64,000 nt of DNA, taken from assembly GCA_025800105.1 (NCBI GenBank), contig JAOXSG010000593.1, forward strand, positions 1,489 to 65,488, in the 5' to 3' direction. This DNA is from Cohaesibacter sp. (GTDB taxonomy: Bacteria > Pseudomonadota > Alphaproteobacteria > Rhizobiales > Cohaesibacteraceae). The notes beneath the pieces are model-generated. The model searched no databases and had not been told where the DNA came from. It saw only the letters and a list, made by a program, of their open reading frames with translations. Position 1 is the stretch's first letter, and every line of letters starts with the position of its first letter. Shown piece by piece: positions 49,255 through 60,275 of the stretch. The position numbers and the translations under genes are program-made.

Positions 49255-51960
49255 TTATTCCGCAGCCTGCTGAACAGGTTTCGGAGAAATCGGAAAATGG
49301 CAAATAACGGCGGTTCCCTTGTCCAGAACAGAATCGATAGAGACATGACCGCCATGCAATTCGACAAAGCTTTTGACAATAGACAGCCCAAGGCCAGCGC
49401 CTTTGCGCGTCTCCCCACCCTTGCGGCTTTCAAAGCGCCCAAAGGCGGAAGAGAGAAAATCTTCCGGCATACCGCAGCCATGATCGCGTACCGTGAAGAC
49501 CATTTCATTTTGGGTTTGATCGGCCAGAACCGAGACATTGGAATGATCGGGCGAGAAGGCAATGGCATTGGAAATCATGTTATAAAGCACCTGCCGTACC
49601 CGTTTGCTATCGCCCATAAAATGCTGCAAATTATCAGCAACCGAAACATTTAAGGTAATGTCTTTTTCGGCCAGACGATCCTGCAGGCCTTCTGCGGCGG
49701 CCTGTATGGAAGCGATAGGATCAATATCTTCCAGATCCAGAACCATGATCCCGGCATCAATCGTCGCCAGATCCAGAATATCATTGACAATGGCCAACAA
49801 AGACGAGCTGGATGTCATGATATGGTCGGTATATTCGCGCTGTTTGCCATTCAGAGAACCAAAAGTTTCTTCGGTCAGCAATTCCGTAAAGCCGATAATA
49901 TTGGTCAAAGGCGAGCGCAATTCATAAGACACATGCTGAATGAAGGTGTTTTTCAAATGATCCGCTGCCATCAGGGCTTCGTTGCGTGTGGTCAGGCCAC
50001 GCTCGACATTCACCTTGTCTGTGACATCAACAAAGGTGATCATGCTGGCTCCGTCAGGCAGAGGCACCAGAGCATAATCAACAATGCGCTCATCGGAGCG
50101 TTCCATCCGCCCGGATAACCCCTCGCGGCTGTCTGCCAGCCCGACAATGGCCTGCTTCAGATCGGCCCAGACAGCCGGATCGGAAAATGTACGGCGGCAC
50201 ACTTCCATAACAGCACTGACATGAGGCTGTTCTGCCAACAACATTTCTTCAATCGACCACATAGAGGCAAAAGCCGGGTTGGAAACACGCACCCGACCAT
50301 CAGAGCCAAACACGATCACGCCATCGCCCAGATGATCAAGCGTTTCCGATTGAACCCGGATCAGGGAATTATAGCGTTTTTCCAGATCCAGACGTTCGGT
50401 AACATTCTCATAAATATAGGTCACTCCCCCATCAGGGGTGGGCGCAGCCACAACGCGCAAAGACTGACCATTTGGCAAATGCCACCAATGTTCTTTGGTC
50501 TCCACAGAGCGATAGGCCGCAAAGATTTCTGCTTTCCAGGCGGCAAAATCGGCCTGTTCCGGCAAATGGCGATTGGCGCGCAATTGATCCAGAATAATCC
50601 CGTCTTTTGGTTTTTGATCCAGAAAACCGGGATCAAGATCAAACAGGCTGTGATAGGCAGCATTATAGAATTGAAGATTCTGATTGGAGTCAAAAATCGC
50701 CACGGCAGTGGTCAATTGATCCATCGTTGCTGCGTGGAAAGTCTGCATCCGCGCCAGCGCTTTTTCTGCCTCATCTATGGCTGAAACATCGGTAGCAATG
50801 CCAACATTGCCCTGTTTGGAAGCAATATCGACAACATCCAATATCTGACGTTTGCCTTGCATGATCACAGGCAACCGTTCAACCGCGACATCGGCGGTGC
50901 GCATAGCACCGTCTGATGCAGTGCTGGCTTGCGTGTGATGGGCTTTATGGACATGATCCCGGCCTTGCTGGTCCAGCAATTCAATTTGCTTTTCCAACAC
51001 ATCGCGCAAATTCTCAGCATCAACGGCTTCCCGATAGGCTTCGTTGATCCAACTTAATTGCCCCTTTTCATCCCGCGACCAAACAGGCATGGGAACCGCA
51101 TCAAGAAGACTTTTCATACGGCTCATTTCCTGGGACAGGCGCGTTGTCTGATTTTTCAATTGCGCTCTGTCGCTTTCTGCATCTTCCAAGAGACGCAATT
51201 GCAAATAGGCGCGGGCGCCAGATGTGCGACCCTTGATCTCGATACAGACACCGGCCTGTGCCTCAACCGCCATCTGAAAGCGTTGCCCTTTTGCGCGCAA
51301 AGCATCCAAGGCCAAATCCAGTTTTTGCGCACAATCGCTTTTCAACCAGCTGCCAAACGCCAAAATGCTATCCCCTTGCGGCAGGGCATGAGCGGATTTC
51401 AGCTGGCCAAGCAAATTGGGCTTGTCTGATTGTGGATCCCAGATAATGATCAATTGATCCGAGGCATCCAACAAAGTTTCGGATTGATCCAGCCGGGCCT
51501 GAAGACTGGTGAGCGCTTTATGGGCATCGCGCAATTGTTGTGTTGCCTGTTTGCGGGTGCGAATGGCCGATAGGCCAGCAACCAGCGCAAAGACAAGAAG
51601 GCCGCCAAAGGTTGCAAGCCCCAAAATCATTGAATTGGATTGATCATCCTGCATCAAGGCTTCAAAATCACTGGCAAAGCGATCTGTAGGCAAAGTGGGG
51701 ATAGCGGGCATCTCTATAGCAGTTTGAGACAGGGCCTCGCTTTCCGAGTTGACTGGTGCGATTGGCTCAGACTGATCCAGAATGTCCGTATGATGCTCTA
51801 TAAGGCTGGCAGAGGGATCCGGGGACGGGGCAGATTGACTTTGCGCCAAAAGCGGGGATGAAACGAGAAAGACGCTGGCAGCCAATCCCGTTAAATAAAG
51901 TGTTGTTGTCAAAAAGGTCCGCAAATCCCTTTTTCCTTCCAACAGACTGCCTTTAGGCAT
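49255..51960 (-). CDS. divL: PAS-domain pseudo-histidine kinase DivL
   Basis: H-box HVSYELRSPLT with Tyr in place of His; PAS repeats; GAGLGL; typical ahcY-divL-tsaE-addAB synteny. Confidence 0.88.
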   Translation of the reverse strand: MPKGSLLEGKRDLRTFLTTTLYLTGLAASVFLVSSPLLAQSQSAPSPDPSASLIEHHTDILDQSEPIAPVNSESEALSQTAIEMPAIPTLPTDRFASDFEALMQDDQSNSMILGLATFGGLLVFALVAGLSAIRTRKQATQQLRDAHKALTSLQARLDQSETLLDASDQLIIIWDPQSDKPNLLGQLKSAHALPQGDSILAFGSWLKSDCAQKLDLALDALRAKGQRFQMAVEAQAGVCIEIKGRTSGARAYLQLRLLEDAESDRAQLKNQTTRLSQEMSRMKSLLDAVPMPVWSRDEKGQLSWINEAYREAVDAENLRDVLEKQIELLDQQGRDHVHKAHHTQASTASDGAMRTADVAVERLPVIMQGKRQILDVVDIASKQGNVGIATDVSAIDEAEKALARMQTFHAATMDQLTTAVAIFDSNQNLQFYNAAYHSLFDLDPGFLDQKPKDGIILDQLRANRHLPEQADFAAWKAEIFAAYRSVETKEHWWHLPNGQSLRVVAAPTPDGGVTYIYENVTERLDLEKRYNSLIRVQSETLDHLGDGVIVFGSDGRVRVSNPAFASMWSIEEMLLAEQPHVSAVMEVCRRTFSDPAVWADLKQAIVGLADSREGLSGRMERSDERIVDYALVPLPDGASMITFVDVTDKVNVERGLTTRNEALMAADHLKNTFIQHVSYELRSPLTNIIGFTELLTEETFGSLNGKQREYTDHIMTSSSSLLAIVNDILDLATIDAGIMVLDLEDIDPIASIQAAAEGLQDRLAEKDITLNVSVADNLQHFMGDSKRVRQVLYNMISNAIAFSPDHSNVSVLADQTQNEMVFTVRDHGCGMPEDFLSSAFGRFESRKGGETRKGAGLGLSIVKSFVELHGGHVSIDSVLDKGTAVICHFPISPKPVQQAAE

Positions 51961-52251
51961 GTCTTTGCCCTTTCCGCCGCACAGCCCGATAGCTGATGCA
52001 ACCGCTCCAATTTTCTTTTTCTCTTTTATGGTTGGCGCTCATGCATCTTAAAAAAATCTGGACTCCTTTAGCGCTATCCCACACCAGCCATTGCCGTGGC
52101 CGGGGGATTTCTGCCAAATCCAGACTGATTACAAGCTTGAACGCACGCACTTACTTCGAAACAAAACCGGGGCCTCCTCCCAGCTCTGACCGAATCACTT
52201 TCACTTTACCTGTTCATGGAATCGCACAACAGAGTCCGGCGCAAAAAAGAT

Positions 52252-52291
52252 AAAAAAAATGCGCCCAAATCCGCAAAGGACAGGGCGCATT
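52252..52291 (-). terminator. Intrinsic terminator after ahcY
   Basis: atgcgccc...gggcgcat stem with an A8 run on the plus strand (U-tract on minus). Confidence 0.75.
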
Positions 52292-52355
52292 CATTACAAA
52301 TGATAAGATAGGGGACTCTCAATCCTTGGAAAGCCGCCATTTTCTTAACAAAAGG

Positions 52356-53747
52356 TTAATAGCGGTAATGCTCTGGCTTGTAAGGACCATCCACAGGCAC
52401 ACCAATATAGTCAGCTTGCTCTTTGCTCAGGGTGGTCAATTTCACGCCCAGCTTTTCCAGATGCAGGGTTGCAACTTTCTCATCCAGTGCTTTTGGCAGC
52501 ACATAAACATCCTTGCCATAATTGGCATGATTGGACCACAATTCCATCTGGGCCAAAGTCTGGTTGGTGAAGGATGCGGACATCACAAAACTTGGATGAC
52601 CTGTCGCACAGCCAAGATTGACCAAACGGCCTTCTGCCAGAACAATGATGCGCTTGCCATCAGGAAACTCTACTTCATCAACCTGAGGCTTCACATTGTG
52701 CCATTCGTAATTTTTCAAAGCGCCAATCTGGATCTCGGAATCAAAGTGACCAATGTTACAAACAATGGCACGATCCTTCATGTCACGCATATGCTCAATG
52801 GTGATGACATCCTTGTTGCCGGTGGTGGTGACAAAGATATCGCCCTGCGGCACAGCCTCTTCCATGGTGGTGACTTCATAGCCCTGCATGGAGGCCTGCA
52901 ACGCACAAATGGGGTCAATCTCGGTCACGATCACACGGGCACCTTGTGAACGCAAAGATTCAGCAGAGCCTTTGCCCACATCACCAAAGCCAGCCACAAC
53001 GGCAACTTTGCCGGAAATCATCACATCCGTCGCACGTTTGATGCCATCCACCAGAGATTCGCGGCAACCATAGAGATTGTCAAATTTCGATTTGGTCACA
53101 GAATCATTGACATTGATCGCAGGGAAAGGAAGATCACCCGCTTTTGCCAGATGATAGAGACGATGTACCCCTGTGGTGGTTTCTTCTGACACACCCAAAA
53201 TGCCATCGCGAATTTTGGTGAACCAGCCCGGAGTGGCTGCCGCACGCTTCAAGATCTGCGCTTTGACGACTTCTTCTTCTTCATTCTCAGGATTGGGAAG
53301 AATTTCTTCACCTGCATCGACTTTGGCACCAAGCAAAATATACATGGTGGCATCGCCGCCATCATCCAGAATAAGGTTTGGTCCTTCGCCATTGCCCCAG
53401 TCAAAGATGCGATCCACATAATCCCAATAGTCAACAAGGCTCTCGCCTTTGACAGCAAAAACAGGGGTGCCAGTGGCGGCAATGGCAGCGGCAGCATGAT
53501 CCTGGGTGGAGAAAATGTTGCAAGTGGCCCAGCGAACTTCCGCACCCAGCGCCTGCAAGGTTTCAATCAGAACAGCGGTCTGAATGGTCATGTGAAGAGA
53601 GCCGGTAATCCGTGCGCCTTTCAAAGGCTGGGATGCGCCATATTCCTCACGGGTTTGCATCAGACCGGGCATTTCGGTTTCTGCAATTTTGATTTCCTTG
53701 CGGCCCCAATCGGCCAGCGACAGATCCTTGACAACAAAGTCAGCCAT
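52356..53747 (-). CDS. ahcY: Adenosylhomocysteinase
   Basis: [40 protein letters not shown]. Confidence 0.98.
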   Translation of the reverse strand: MADFVVKDLSLADWGRKEIKIAETEMPGLMQTREEYGASQPLKGARITGSLHMTIQTAVLIETLQALGAEVRWATCNIFSTQDHAAAAIAATGTPVFAVKGESLVDYWDYVDRIFDWGNGEGPNLILDDGGDATMYILLGAKVDAGEEILPNPENEEEEVVKAQILKRAAATPGWFTKIRDGILGVSEETTTGVHRLYHLAKAGDLPFPAINVNDSVTKSKFDNLYGCRESLVDGIKRATDVMISGKVAVVAGFGDVGKGSAESLRSQGARVIVTEIDPICALQASMQGYEVTTMEEAVPQGDIFVTTTGNKDVITIEHMRDMKDRAIVCNIGHFDSEIQIGALKNYEWHNVKPQVDEVEFPDGKRIIVLAEGRLVNLGCATGHPSFVMSASFTNQTLAQMELWSNHANYGKDVYVLPKALDEKVATLHLEKLGVKLTTLSKEQADYIGVPVDGPYKPEHYRY

Positions 53748-53869
53748 ATTCGCTCCTAATCGTGCCTTGGCACTGTGCAAAGGCAAATGCCCCTATGGGC
53801 GATGGAAAGCAGGCGCAAACGCCTATTTAAAGCTTCATATAATGCTTAGTCCTAAAGAAAGCAATAATG

Positions 53870-53889
53870 ATATAAAGAAATCTTTATAT
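53870..53889. promoter_or_regulatory. Putative SahR-type operator upstream of ahcY
   Basis: Near-perfect palindrome ATATAAAGAAATCTTTATAT about 120 bp upstream of ahcY. Confidence 0.7.
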
Positions 53890-54087
53890 TATAAATTTGA
53901 TGTCAGATAGAATATATCGCCTGTCTTCCTGTTTCTTTAACAGGCGTCATAATGGCGCGTAAAAATCGGACTATGACAGCAAGAGGGAACAGCGTATAAA
54001 TCAGATACGCTTTTTCAAGGCTTTGCTGATAGGCAAGGCAGGATAAGCATATTAAAGCCTCTGGCTGAGTGAAAATTGAGAGTGTCC

Positions 54088-55392
54088 ATGAAAGTAGTCA
54101 TGATTGGGACCGGCTATGTCGGTCTGGTTTCCGGCGTATGTTTTTCCGAGTTTGGATTTGATGTCACATGTGTGGATGTTGACCAGACCAAAATTGATAC
54201 TCTGAACAAGAGCGAAATTCCGATTTTTGAGCCGGGTCTGGATAATTTGCTGGAGCGCAATACCAAAGCGGGGCGACTGAATTTCACCACAGATTTTGAA
54301 GGGGCGGTCTCTCAGGCTGATGCAATTTTCATCGCTGTCGGCACCCCATCACGCCGTGGCGATGGTGAGGCGGATCTGCAATATGTCTGGGCCGCTGCCC
54401 GCCAGATTGCAAGAGCAGCCAAGCCCGGCGCCATTGTCGTGACCAAATCCACCGTTGTGGTGGGCACCAACCGCAAAGTGGCGGACATCATCCGCGAAGA
54501 AAATCCTGATCTGGATTTCTCTATCGCCTCCAACCCGGAATTTTTGCGTGAAGGCTCGGCCATTGAAGATTTTATGCGCCCGGATCGTGTGGTGGTCGGC
54601 GTTGAGGACAAACGCGCAGAAGAGGTGATGCGCGCGCTATATCGCCCGCTTTTCTTGCGCGAAACCCCCATTGTCTTTACCGGGTTGGAAGATGCCGAGC
54701 TGATCAAATATGCCGCCAATGCCTTTTTGGCGGTCAAAATTTCCTTCATCAATGAAGTGGCCAATTTGTGCGAGCAGGTTGGCGGCAATGTGCAACAGGT
54801 GGCATCGGCCATTGGGCTGGACAAACGCATTGGCGGAAAATTCCTCCATGCCGGCCCCGGCTTTGGTGGCTCCTGCTTTCCAAAAGACACCCGTGCCTTT
54901 GCTGCAACAGGGGCCAAATTTGGCGCGCCTCAGCGCTTGGTGGAAACGGTGATTGAGGTCAATGAAAGCCGTAAAGAAAATATGGCGCACCGGATTTTGG
55001 AAAAATTGGGACCAGATCCAAAAGGCAAAACAGTCTGTATTTTGGGTGTGGCTTTCAAGCCAAATACTGATGATGTGCGCGAAAGCCCAACTCTTGCCAT
55101 CATTCCAATCCTGCAAGAGGCTGGCATAGCAGTGCAGGCCCATGACCCTGAAGGCATGGAACAGGCAAAGCCACACATGGACAAGGTGATCTGGTGCGCC
55201 AATGCCTATGAAGCCGCACAAGGGGCGGACGCTTTGGCGCTGGTCACTGAATGGAATGAATATCGCGCCCTTGATATGGCACGCCTGCAACAAGTGATGA
55301 CAGGCAATGTCATGATTGATATGCGCAACATCTATCAACCAGATGAAATGCGCCAAAAAGGCTTTGATTATAGCTCGATTGGTCGCGCATAA
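54088..55392 (+). CDS. ugd: UDP-glucose 6-dehydrogenase
   Basis: IGTGYVG, SNPEFLREG, GFGGSCFPKD, AFKPNTDD.RE. Confidence 0.95.
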   Translation: MKVVMIGTGYVGLVSGVCFSEFGFDVTCVDVDQTKIDTLNKSEIPIFEPGLDNLLERNTKAGRLNFTTDFEGAVSQADAIFIAVGTPSRRGDGEADLQYVWAAARQIARAAKPGAIVVTKSTVVVGTNRKVADIIREENPDLDFSIASNPEFLREGSAIEDFMRPDRVVVGVEDKRAEEVMRALYRPLFLRETPIVFTGLEDAELIKYAANAFLAVKISFINEVANLCEQVGGNVQQVASAIGLDKRIGGKFLHAGPGFGGSCFPKDTRAFAATGAKFGAPQRLVETVIEVNESRKENMAHRILEKLGPDPKGKTVCILGVAFKPNTDDVRESPTLAIIPILQEAGIAVQAHDPEGMEQAKPHMDKVIWCANAYEAAQGADALALVTEWNEYRALDMARLQQVMTGNVMIDMRNIYQPDEMRQKGFDYSSIGRA

Positions 55393-55420
55393 GAGCCGCT
55401 GCATACGCATATAGGAACGG

Positions 55421-55453
55421 AACAAAGCCGGGTCATAGATCCGGCTTTGTTTT
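55421..55453. terminator. Terminator between convergent ugd and acyl-CoA dehydrogenase genes
   Basis: aacaaagccgg-gtcatagat-ccggctttgtttt. Confidence 0.8.
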
Positions 55454-55489
55454 ATAGACGCTCATGATATTGGAACGCATCGTGCAGCA

Positions 55490-56647
55490 CTACGGCATGA
55501 GAACGTCATCCAGATCTTTGGCGCGTTTAATAAGAGAGCGGGCAATCACCACCCTTTGAATCTCGGTTGTGCCATCCACCAGTTTTAACATTTGCGCAAG
55601 GCGCGAGAGACGATCAAGATCATATTGTTTGAGCAAACCATAGCCCCCCAACATTTGCGTGCAGGCATTGGCGGCTTTTAAAGCAGCATCCGGTGCAAAG
55701 CGTTTGGCATGGGCGGCGGCCAAGGCACCCTCCGGCGTGCCCACAAGCCCCGCGGCTTTTTTATAAAGAAGCCGGGAAATTTCCAGATCGGTGGCAATAT
55801 CGGCCATCATCCATTGAATGCCTTCCAGATCCAGCTCTTTGCCGCCAAACATTGAGCGTTGTTTGGCAAAGGAAAGTGCTGTGTCTAACGCTGCTTCCAT
55901 AAGCCCGCAACAGCCAGAAGCAATAGAGGCGCGCGCAATATCAATCGCCATCAAAGAGCCGGAGAGGCCTTTGCCCGGTGGCAAAATGATATTCTCTGCC
56001 GGGACGTGAACATCATCCAGATACATATCTGCAAGGGGTAGGAAATTGAACGAGGCTGTTTCATAGCGGGGGCCAAAGCGAACCCCGGGCGCATCAGCCG
56101 GAACAGCAATCATCGCCATATCTTGATGGCCGGGTATATCCGATGTTTTGACAACAACAAAATAGACATCGGCCTCTGTCGCAAGAGAGACCCATGCCTT
56201 GCGCCCACAAATGCGATAAGCACCGCTTTCTTGATCAATCTCGGCCTTTGTATACATGGTCATGGGATCCGAGCCTGATTGCGGCTCGGTCAAAACAAAT
56301 CCGGCCAATTGTTTGCCAGATGTCAGATCGCGCGCCCATTTATCCTTGGCGGCCTCCGTGCCAAACCCACAAAGAGCGTAAGAACAGATATTATGCATGG
56401 AAAGCGCAAAGGCATAGGCCCCATCGCCTTTGCCTAATTCTTCATAGACTTGAATGCCATCGGCAAGCGACAGGCCCTGTCCCCCAAGCTCCACCGGGCA
56501 ATAAAGCCCCAAAAGGCCGTCTTTCGCCGCCAGATCTGACGCGGCGCGCGGCCAGTCTCCTTGCTTATTCCACTCATTGACCTGTGGTTTGATAATATGT
56601 GTGGCATGACTGCGCGCAGCGTCAAGAATAGCCTCTGGATTGCTCAT
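55490..56647 (-). CDS. Acyl-CoA dehydrogenase family protein
   Basis: LTEPQSGSD, GRKAWVS, QMLGGYG, DGTTEIQR; GGAGG before ATG 56647. Confidence 0.93.
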   Translation of the reverse strand: MSNPEAILDAARSHATHIIKPQVNEWNKQGDWPRAASDLAAKDGLLGLYCPVELGGQGLSLADGIQVYEELGKGDGAYAFALSMHNICSYALCGFGTEAAKDKWARDLTSGKQLAGFVLTEPQSGSDPMTMYTKAEIDQESGAYRICGRKAWVSLATEADVYFVVVKTSDIPGHQDMAMIAVPADAPGVRFGPRYETASFNFLPLADMYLDDVHVPAENIILPPGKGLSGSLMAIDIARASIASGCCGLMEAALDTALSFAKQRSMFGGKELDLEGIQWMMADIATDLEISRLLYKKAAGLVGTPEGALAAAHAKRFAPDAALKAANACTQMLGGYGLLKQYDLDRLSRLAQMLKLVDGTTEIQRVVIARSLIKRAKDLDDVLMP

Positions 56648-57059
56648 TTTTCCTCCCAATTGTCTGCAAAACTGCTCATGCATCATCTGGTGAACAGACG
56701 ATAGAAAATTAAACATACATACGTTCGTTTTTATTAATTACAGAAGGCAAGAAGAACCACAAGAAAAATATCAAAATTGGGCCAAAAGATCAGGCAAGCA
56801 AAAGCAGGCGATCAAAAAATCACAGCACAGATATGGTAAATCGACAGAGCAAGGCGGCAGAGGGGTTTAACAATTCCTAACCTTGCCGATAATCAGCACA
56901 CCAGAGAGATTGCACCTGCCCCATTTTTGGACAATAAACGCAAGAACTGGATAGAAAGGGATTGAAAAAATCAAGAAATCCTTAACCAAACAGTTTAACC
57001 GAAAGGGCACGCTTGGCTGTTAGAATGCAGGCCAAGACCATCGACAGGATAACAAAACC

Positions 57060-57815
57060 ATGGCCAATCAGACGATCATTTTGGGCGGCTTGCCCATCAC
57101 AGTGGCAAGCTGTGACAGCGCTGCCCGCGATATGGTCGAGACGGCTTTGCAAAATCGCGCACACCAAAAAACGCCGCAATTTATCACCTCCGCCAATGGT
57201 CAGGTTCTGTCTATGTGTGCCGCTCGGCCTGAAATCAAAACCCTGTTTGAACAAGCCGATATCATCCATGCCGACGGGGAGCCAATGGTTAAGCTCTCGC
57301 GTCTGTTATGCGAAACCGCATTGCCCGAGCGCGTGGCAACCACCGATCTGGTCCATAATGTCGCCCGATTGGCTGCGGAACAGGATTTATCTTTTTACTT
57401 TCTGGGAGCCGCGCAAGATGTGATTGAGGATGCGGTTGCCAATATGAAGACGCTTTATCCTGATTTGCGATTTGCCGGATATCGCAATGGCTATATAGCA
57501 AAAGATCAGGAAGAGCAGGTGCTGGCCGAGTTGAATGATGCCGCACCCGATATTCTGTGGATCGGCATGGGCGTGCCATTGGAGCAGGACTTTATCCTGC
57601 GCAATCGTCATAAACTGACCAATGTCGGTGTCATCAAAACATCTGGTGGATTGTTCGATTTTCTCTCAGGCCGCAACAAGCGGGCCGCCAGCTGGATGCA
57701 AAAATGGGGTCTGGAATGGGCCTATCGCACATGGCTGGAGCCAAAGCGTCTAGCTTGGCGCTATTTGACCACCAATCCCCATGCGCTGCTTTTGTTATTG
57801 ACGCGCTCCCGATAG
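57060..57815 (+). CDS. WecB/TagA/CpsF glycosyltransferase
   Basis: ADG, YFLGA, WIGMGVP.EQ, GGLFDFLSG...RA..WMQ..GLEW.YR...EP.RL..RY. Confidence 0.93.
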   Translation: MANQTIILGGLPITVASCDSAARDMVETALQNRAHQKTPQFITSANGQVLSMCAARPEIKTLFEQADIIHADGEPMVKLSRLLCETALPERVATTDLVHNVARLAAEQDLSFYFLGAAQDVIEDAVANMKTLYPDLRFAGYRNGYIAKDQEEQVLAELNDAAPDILWIGMGVPLEQDFILRNRHKLTNVGVIKTSGGLFDFLSGRNKRAASWMQKWGLEWAYRTWLEPKRLAWRYLTTNPHALLLLLTRSR

Positions 57816-57996
57816 AGAGGCCTTTTTGCCAGCGATCTGGACCCTGTTCAGAACAGGATAGACCAATTTTTCCGCTCTTATGCAAAGCAAGGCCCTTGTC
57901 GCCAGAAAACGAACCCCTTATGGTCGGCACGGAAAAATCAATCAATCGGGCTGGCCTTGAAACAAGGGGACAGCGATCAAGGAAAAGAGCAAATTC

Positions 57997-58617
57997 ATGA
58001 CAATTCGCCTGCATAAAGGGGATCTGCCAAATCTCAACCATTATGATGGTGTATCGGCAATCGCCATTGATACAGAGACCCTGGGCCTCAATCCCTTGCG
58101 GGACCGGCTATGCGTTGTGCAGCTCTCTCCCGGTGATGGCAGTGCAGATCTGATCCAGATCGAAAAAGGCCAAACCAGCGCCCCCAATCTGCAAATCTTG
58201 CTGAGCAATGATAACATCACCAAGATTTTTCATTTTGCCCGCTTTGATCTGGCTGTGCTATATCACACCTTTGGTGTCATGCCAGAGCCGGTCTTTTGCA
58301 CCAAGATTGCCTCCAAATTGACCCGCACCTATACAGACCGCCATGGTTTGAAAGATGTGTGCCGCGAATTTCTCGATGTGGATCTGTCAAAGCAGCAGCA
58401 AAGCTCCGATTGGGGTGCCGATATGCTGACCGATGCACAAAAGAAATATGCCGCATCTGATGTTCTCTATCTCCATGGTTTGATGGGTATTTTCAAGGCG
58501 CGCCTGTCCCGCGAAGGCCGCAAGGAAATGGCACAGGCAACCTTTGACTATCTGCCAACCCGTGCCAAACTGGATTTGGCTGGCTGGCCAGAGATGGACA
58601 TTTTCGCCCATTCATAA
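57997..58617 (+). CDS. Ribonuclease D-like 3'-5' exonuclease
   Basis: AIDTETLGL, KIFHFARFD, QQSSDW, YAASDV. Confidence 0.92.
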   Translation: MTIRLHKGDLPNLNHYDGVSAIAIDTETLGLNPLRDRLCVVQLSPGDGSADLIQIEKGQTSAPNLQILLSNDNITKIFHFARFDLAVLYHTFGVMPEPVFCTKIASKLTRTYTDRHGLKDVCREFLDVDLSKQQQSSDWGADMLTDAQKKYAASDVLYLHGLMGIFKARLSREGRKEMAQATFDYLPTRAKLDLAGWPEMDIFAHS

Positions 58618-58739
58618 ACAAGGCCCTATTCCTGCCACCTTTGATGGATTGAAAAGGACCAGCCAATATGGGTCAGCGCACGTTATATATGTGCGCGGCC
58701 CGGTAAAAATGTAACCGGAAGACAAGCCCTCAAAGCCGT

Positions 58740-58775
58740 CCGGTTTTCGGCAAAGGCCCGGTTTTCGGCAAAGGC
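58740..58775 (+). repeat. Exact 18-bp tandem duplication
   Basis: ccggttttcggcaaaggc x2 immediately before the lptC ATG. Confidence 0.9.
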
Positions 58776-59561
58776 ATGGCAATGCAGCAAGATCCAACAT
58801 ATTCTGCACCCAAACGAGGCGGCGGCCCGACGCGCCATTTGCGCACGCCCCCCTCTCAACAGGACATTGCCGCGCGTCCAACCATCATTTCGGCGCAAGA
58901 GCAGGAAAAAGCCTTCAAAAGCGCGCGCCGTCATTCCATGCGCGTCAAAATTCTCAAATGGTCCATGCCCGCTCTGGTTTTGATCGGCGTGACAGGTTTT
59001 ATCGCCTGGGTGCTGGATAATCAGCCAGAACCAGCCCCGATAGAGCTGGCAGAGAAGGCAACAGCCTTTGAGCAGGATGAATTGGTGATGGCCAATCCCA
59101 AGCTGAACGGATTTTCCAAGGGCAGAGCCTATGAGGTCGTGGCTGAGGAAGCGGTTCAACAGGTGGCAACCCCCCATATCATCAATCTGCGACAGCTGGC
59201 GGCAAGGCTGAACAATGAAAAAGATCAATGGGTCACCATCACGGCTTTGTCGGGCCTGTTTGATCAGGAACGCGAAAGCCTGCAATTGACCGGCAATGTC
59301 GATGTGCAATCCTCCCTTGGCTATGGGCTGCGCACTGATGGCGCCCAAGTGGATATGCAGCGCGGCTATATGCATACCACCAGTCCTGTGACCATCGCAT
59401 CGGGAGACATTCGCCTCAGCGCCGATGAGCTGGAAGTGATCGACAATGGCGAGCAATTTCGCTTTTCCAGACAGGTCAAATTGCGCATTGATGCCAGTTT
59501 GTTGAGCAAAGGCACCAACAAGCAGGCAAAAGACGCAAAGCCACAGGCCGCAACACAATGA
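58776..59561 (+). CDS. lptC: LPS export protein LptC
   Basis: ARRHS.RV.ILK, TM segment, M.NPKL.G; precedes lptA-lptB. Confidence 0.88.
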   Translation: MAMQQDPTYSAPKRGGGPTRHLRTPPSQQDIAARPTIISAQEQEKAFKSARRHSMRVKILKWSMPALVLIGVTGFIAWVLDNQPEPAPIELAEKATAFEQDELVMANPKLNGFSKGRAYEVVAEEAVQQVATPHIINLRQLAARLNNEKDQWVTITALSGLFDQERESLQLTGNVDVQSSLGYGLRTDGAQVDMQRGYMHTTSPVTIASGDIRLSADELEVIDNGEQFRFSRQVKLRIDASLLSKGTNKQAKDAKPQAATQ

Positions 59562-60157
59562 GCAGGATTTGGATGATGAGATCGCAAATGGCGCAAAGAT
59601 CGATCAAAGCTTATGCATTGGCTGCCATAATGGCCTGCATCATGTTATCAGCCTCTTCCTATAACCATGCCTTGGCGCAAGGCATGGCAGAAGTCGCCTC
59701 TGGCCTGCGCACCGATCCAGATGCCCCCATTGAGGTGGAAGCCGATCAACTGGATATTTTTGACAAGAAAAAAGTCGCCATCTTCAAAGGCAATGTCATC
59801 GCAAAACAGGGCGAGACGCGCCTAACCACATCAAGCCTGACCATCCATTATGCAGGCGGCGGGGCAGGCACCGCACAATCCATCACAAGACTGGAAGCCA
59901 ATGGCGGAGTGATTGTCTCCCAAAAGGACCAGAAAGCGACTGGCAGTCGCGCCTTTGTGGATATGACCCGCGAGCAAATCACCCTCTCTGGCAATGTGGT
60001 GCTAACGCAGGGAAAAAATGTTCTGCGCGGCAGCGAATTATTCATTGATATGCGCACTGGCGCCGCCCGTCTGGCTTCAAACAACAGATCCACAACAACA
60101 GAGCAGAAAAAAGGTCGGGTACAGGGCTTGTTCATTCCCAATCGCCGCCCCAAATAA
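59558..60157 (+). CDS. lptA: LPS transport periplasmic protein LptA
   Basis: Signal peptide, PIEVEADQL, F.GNV...QG, GRVQGLF.P. Confidence 0.9.
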   Translation: MSRIWMMRSQMAQRSIKAYALAAIMACIMLSASSYNHALAQGMAEVASGLRTDPDAPIEVEADQLDIFDKKKVAIFKGNVIAKQGETRLTTSSLTIHYAGGGAGTAQSITRLEANGGVIVSQKDQKATGSRAFVDMTREQITLSGNVVLTQGKNVLRGSELFIDMRTGAARLASNNRSTTTEQKKGRVQGLFIPNRRPK

Positions 60158-60275
60158 GCAAAACCCGCCTCAAAAGGCTGTGCATCCGGCGATGGACTTT
60201 GTTTGAGTGGGCAAGGCTTAAAAACACAAGCCTATTGAGGCTCGACAAGAGAGCCAAGAGCCTTTATGCAGGCAT

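Noticed and set aside
44962-50365. Partial TGAACCCG matches in addB (~44963) and divL (~50351)
   Set aside because: Only half-site matches inside core coding sequence; expected by chance
49255-51960. Histidine kinase lacking its phospho-His
   Set aside because: His-to-Tyr is the known signature of DivL
56982-56998. TTAA...TTAA upstream of the WecB-family gene as a CtrA box
   Set aside because: Spacer is 9 nt rather than 7
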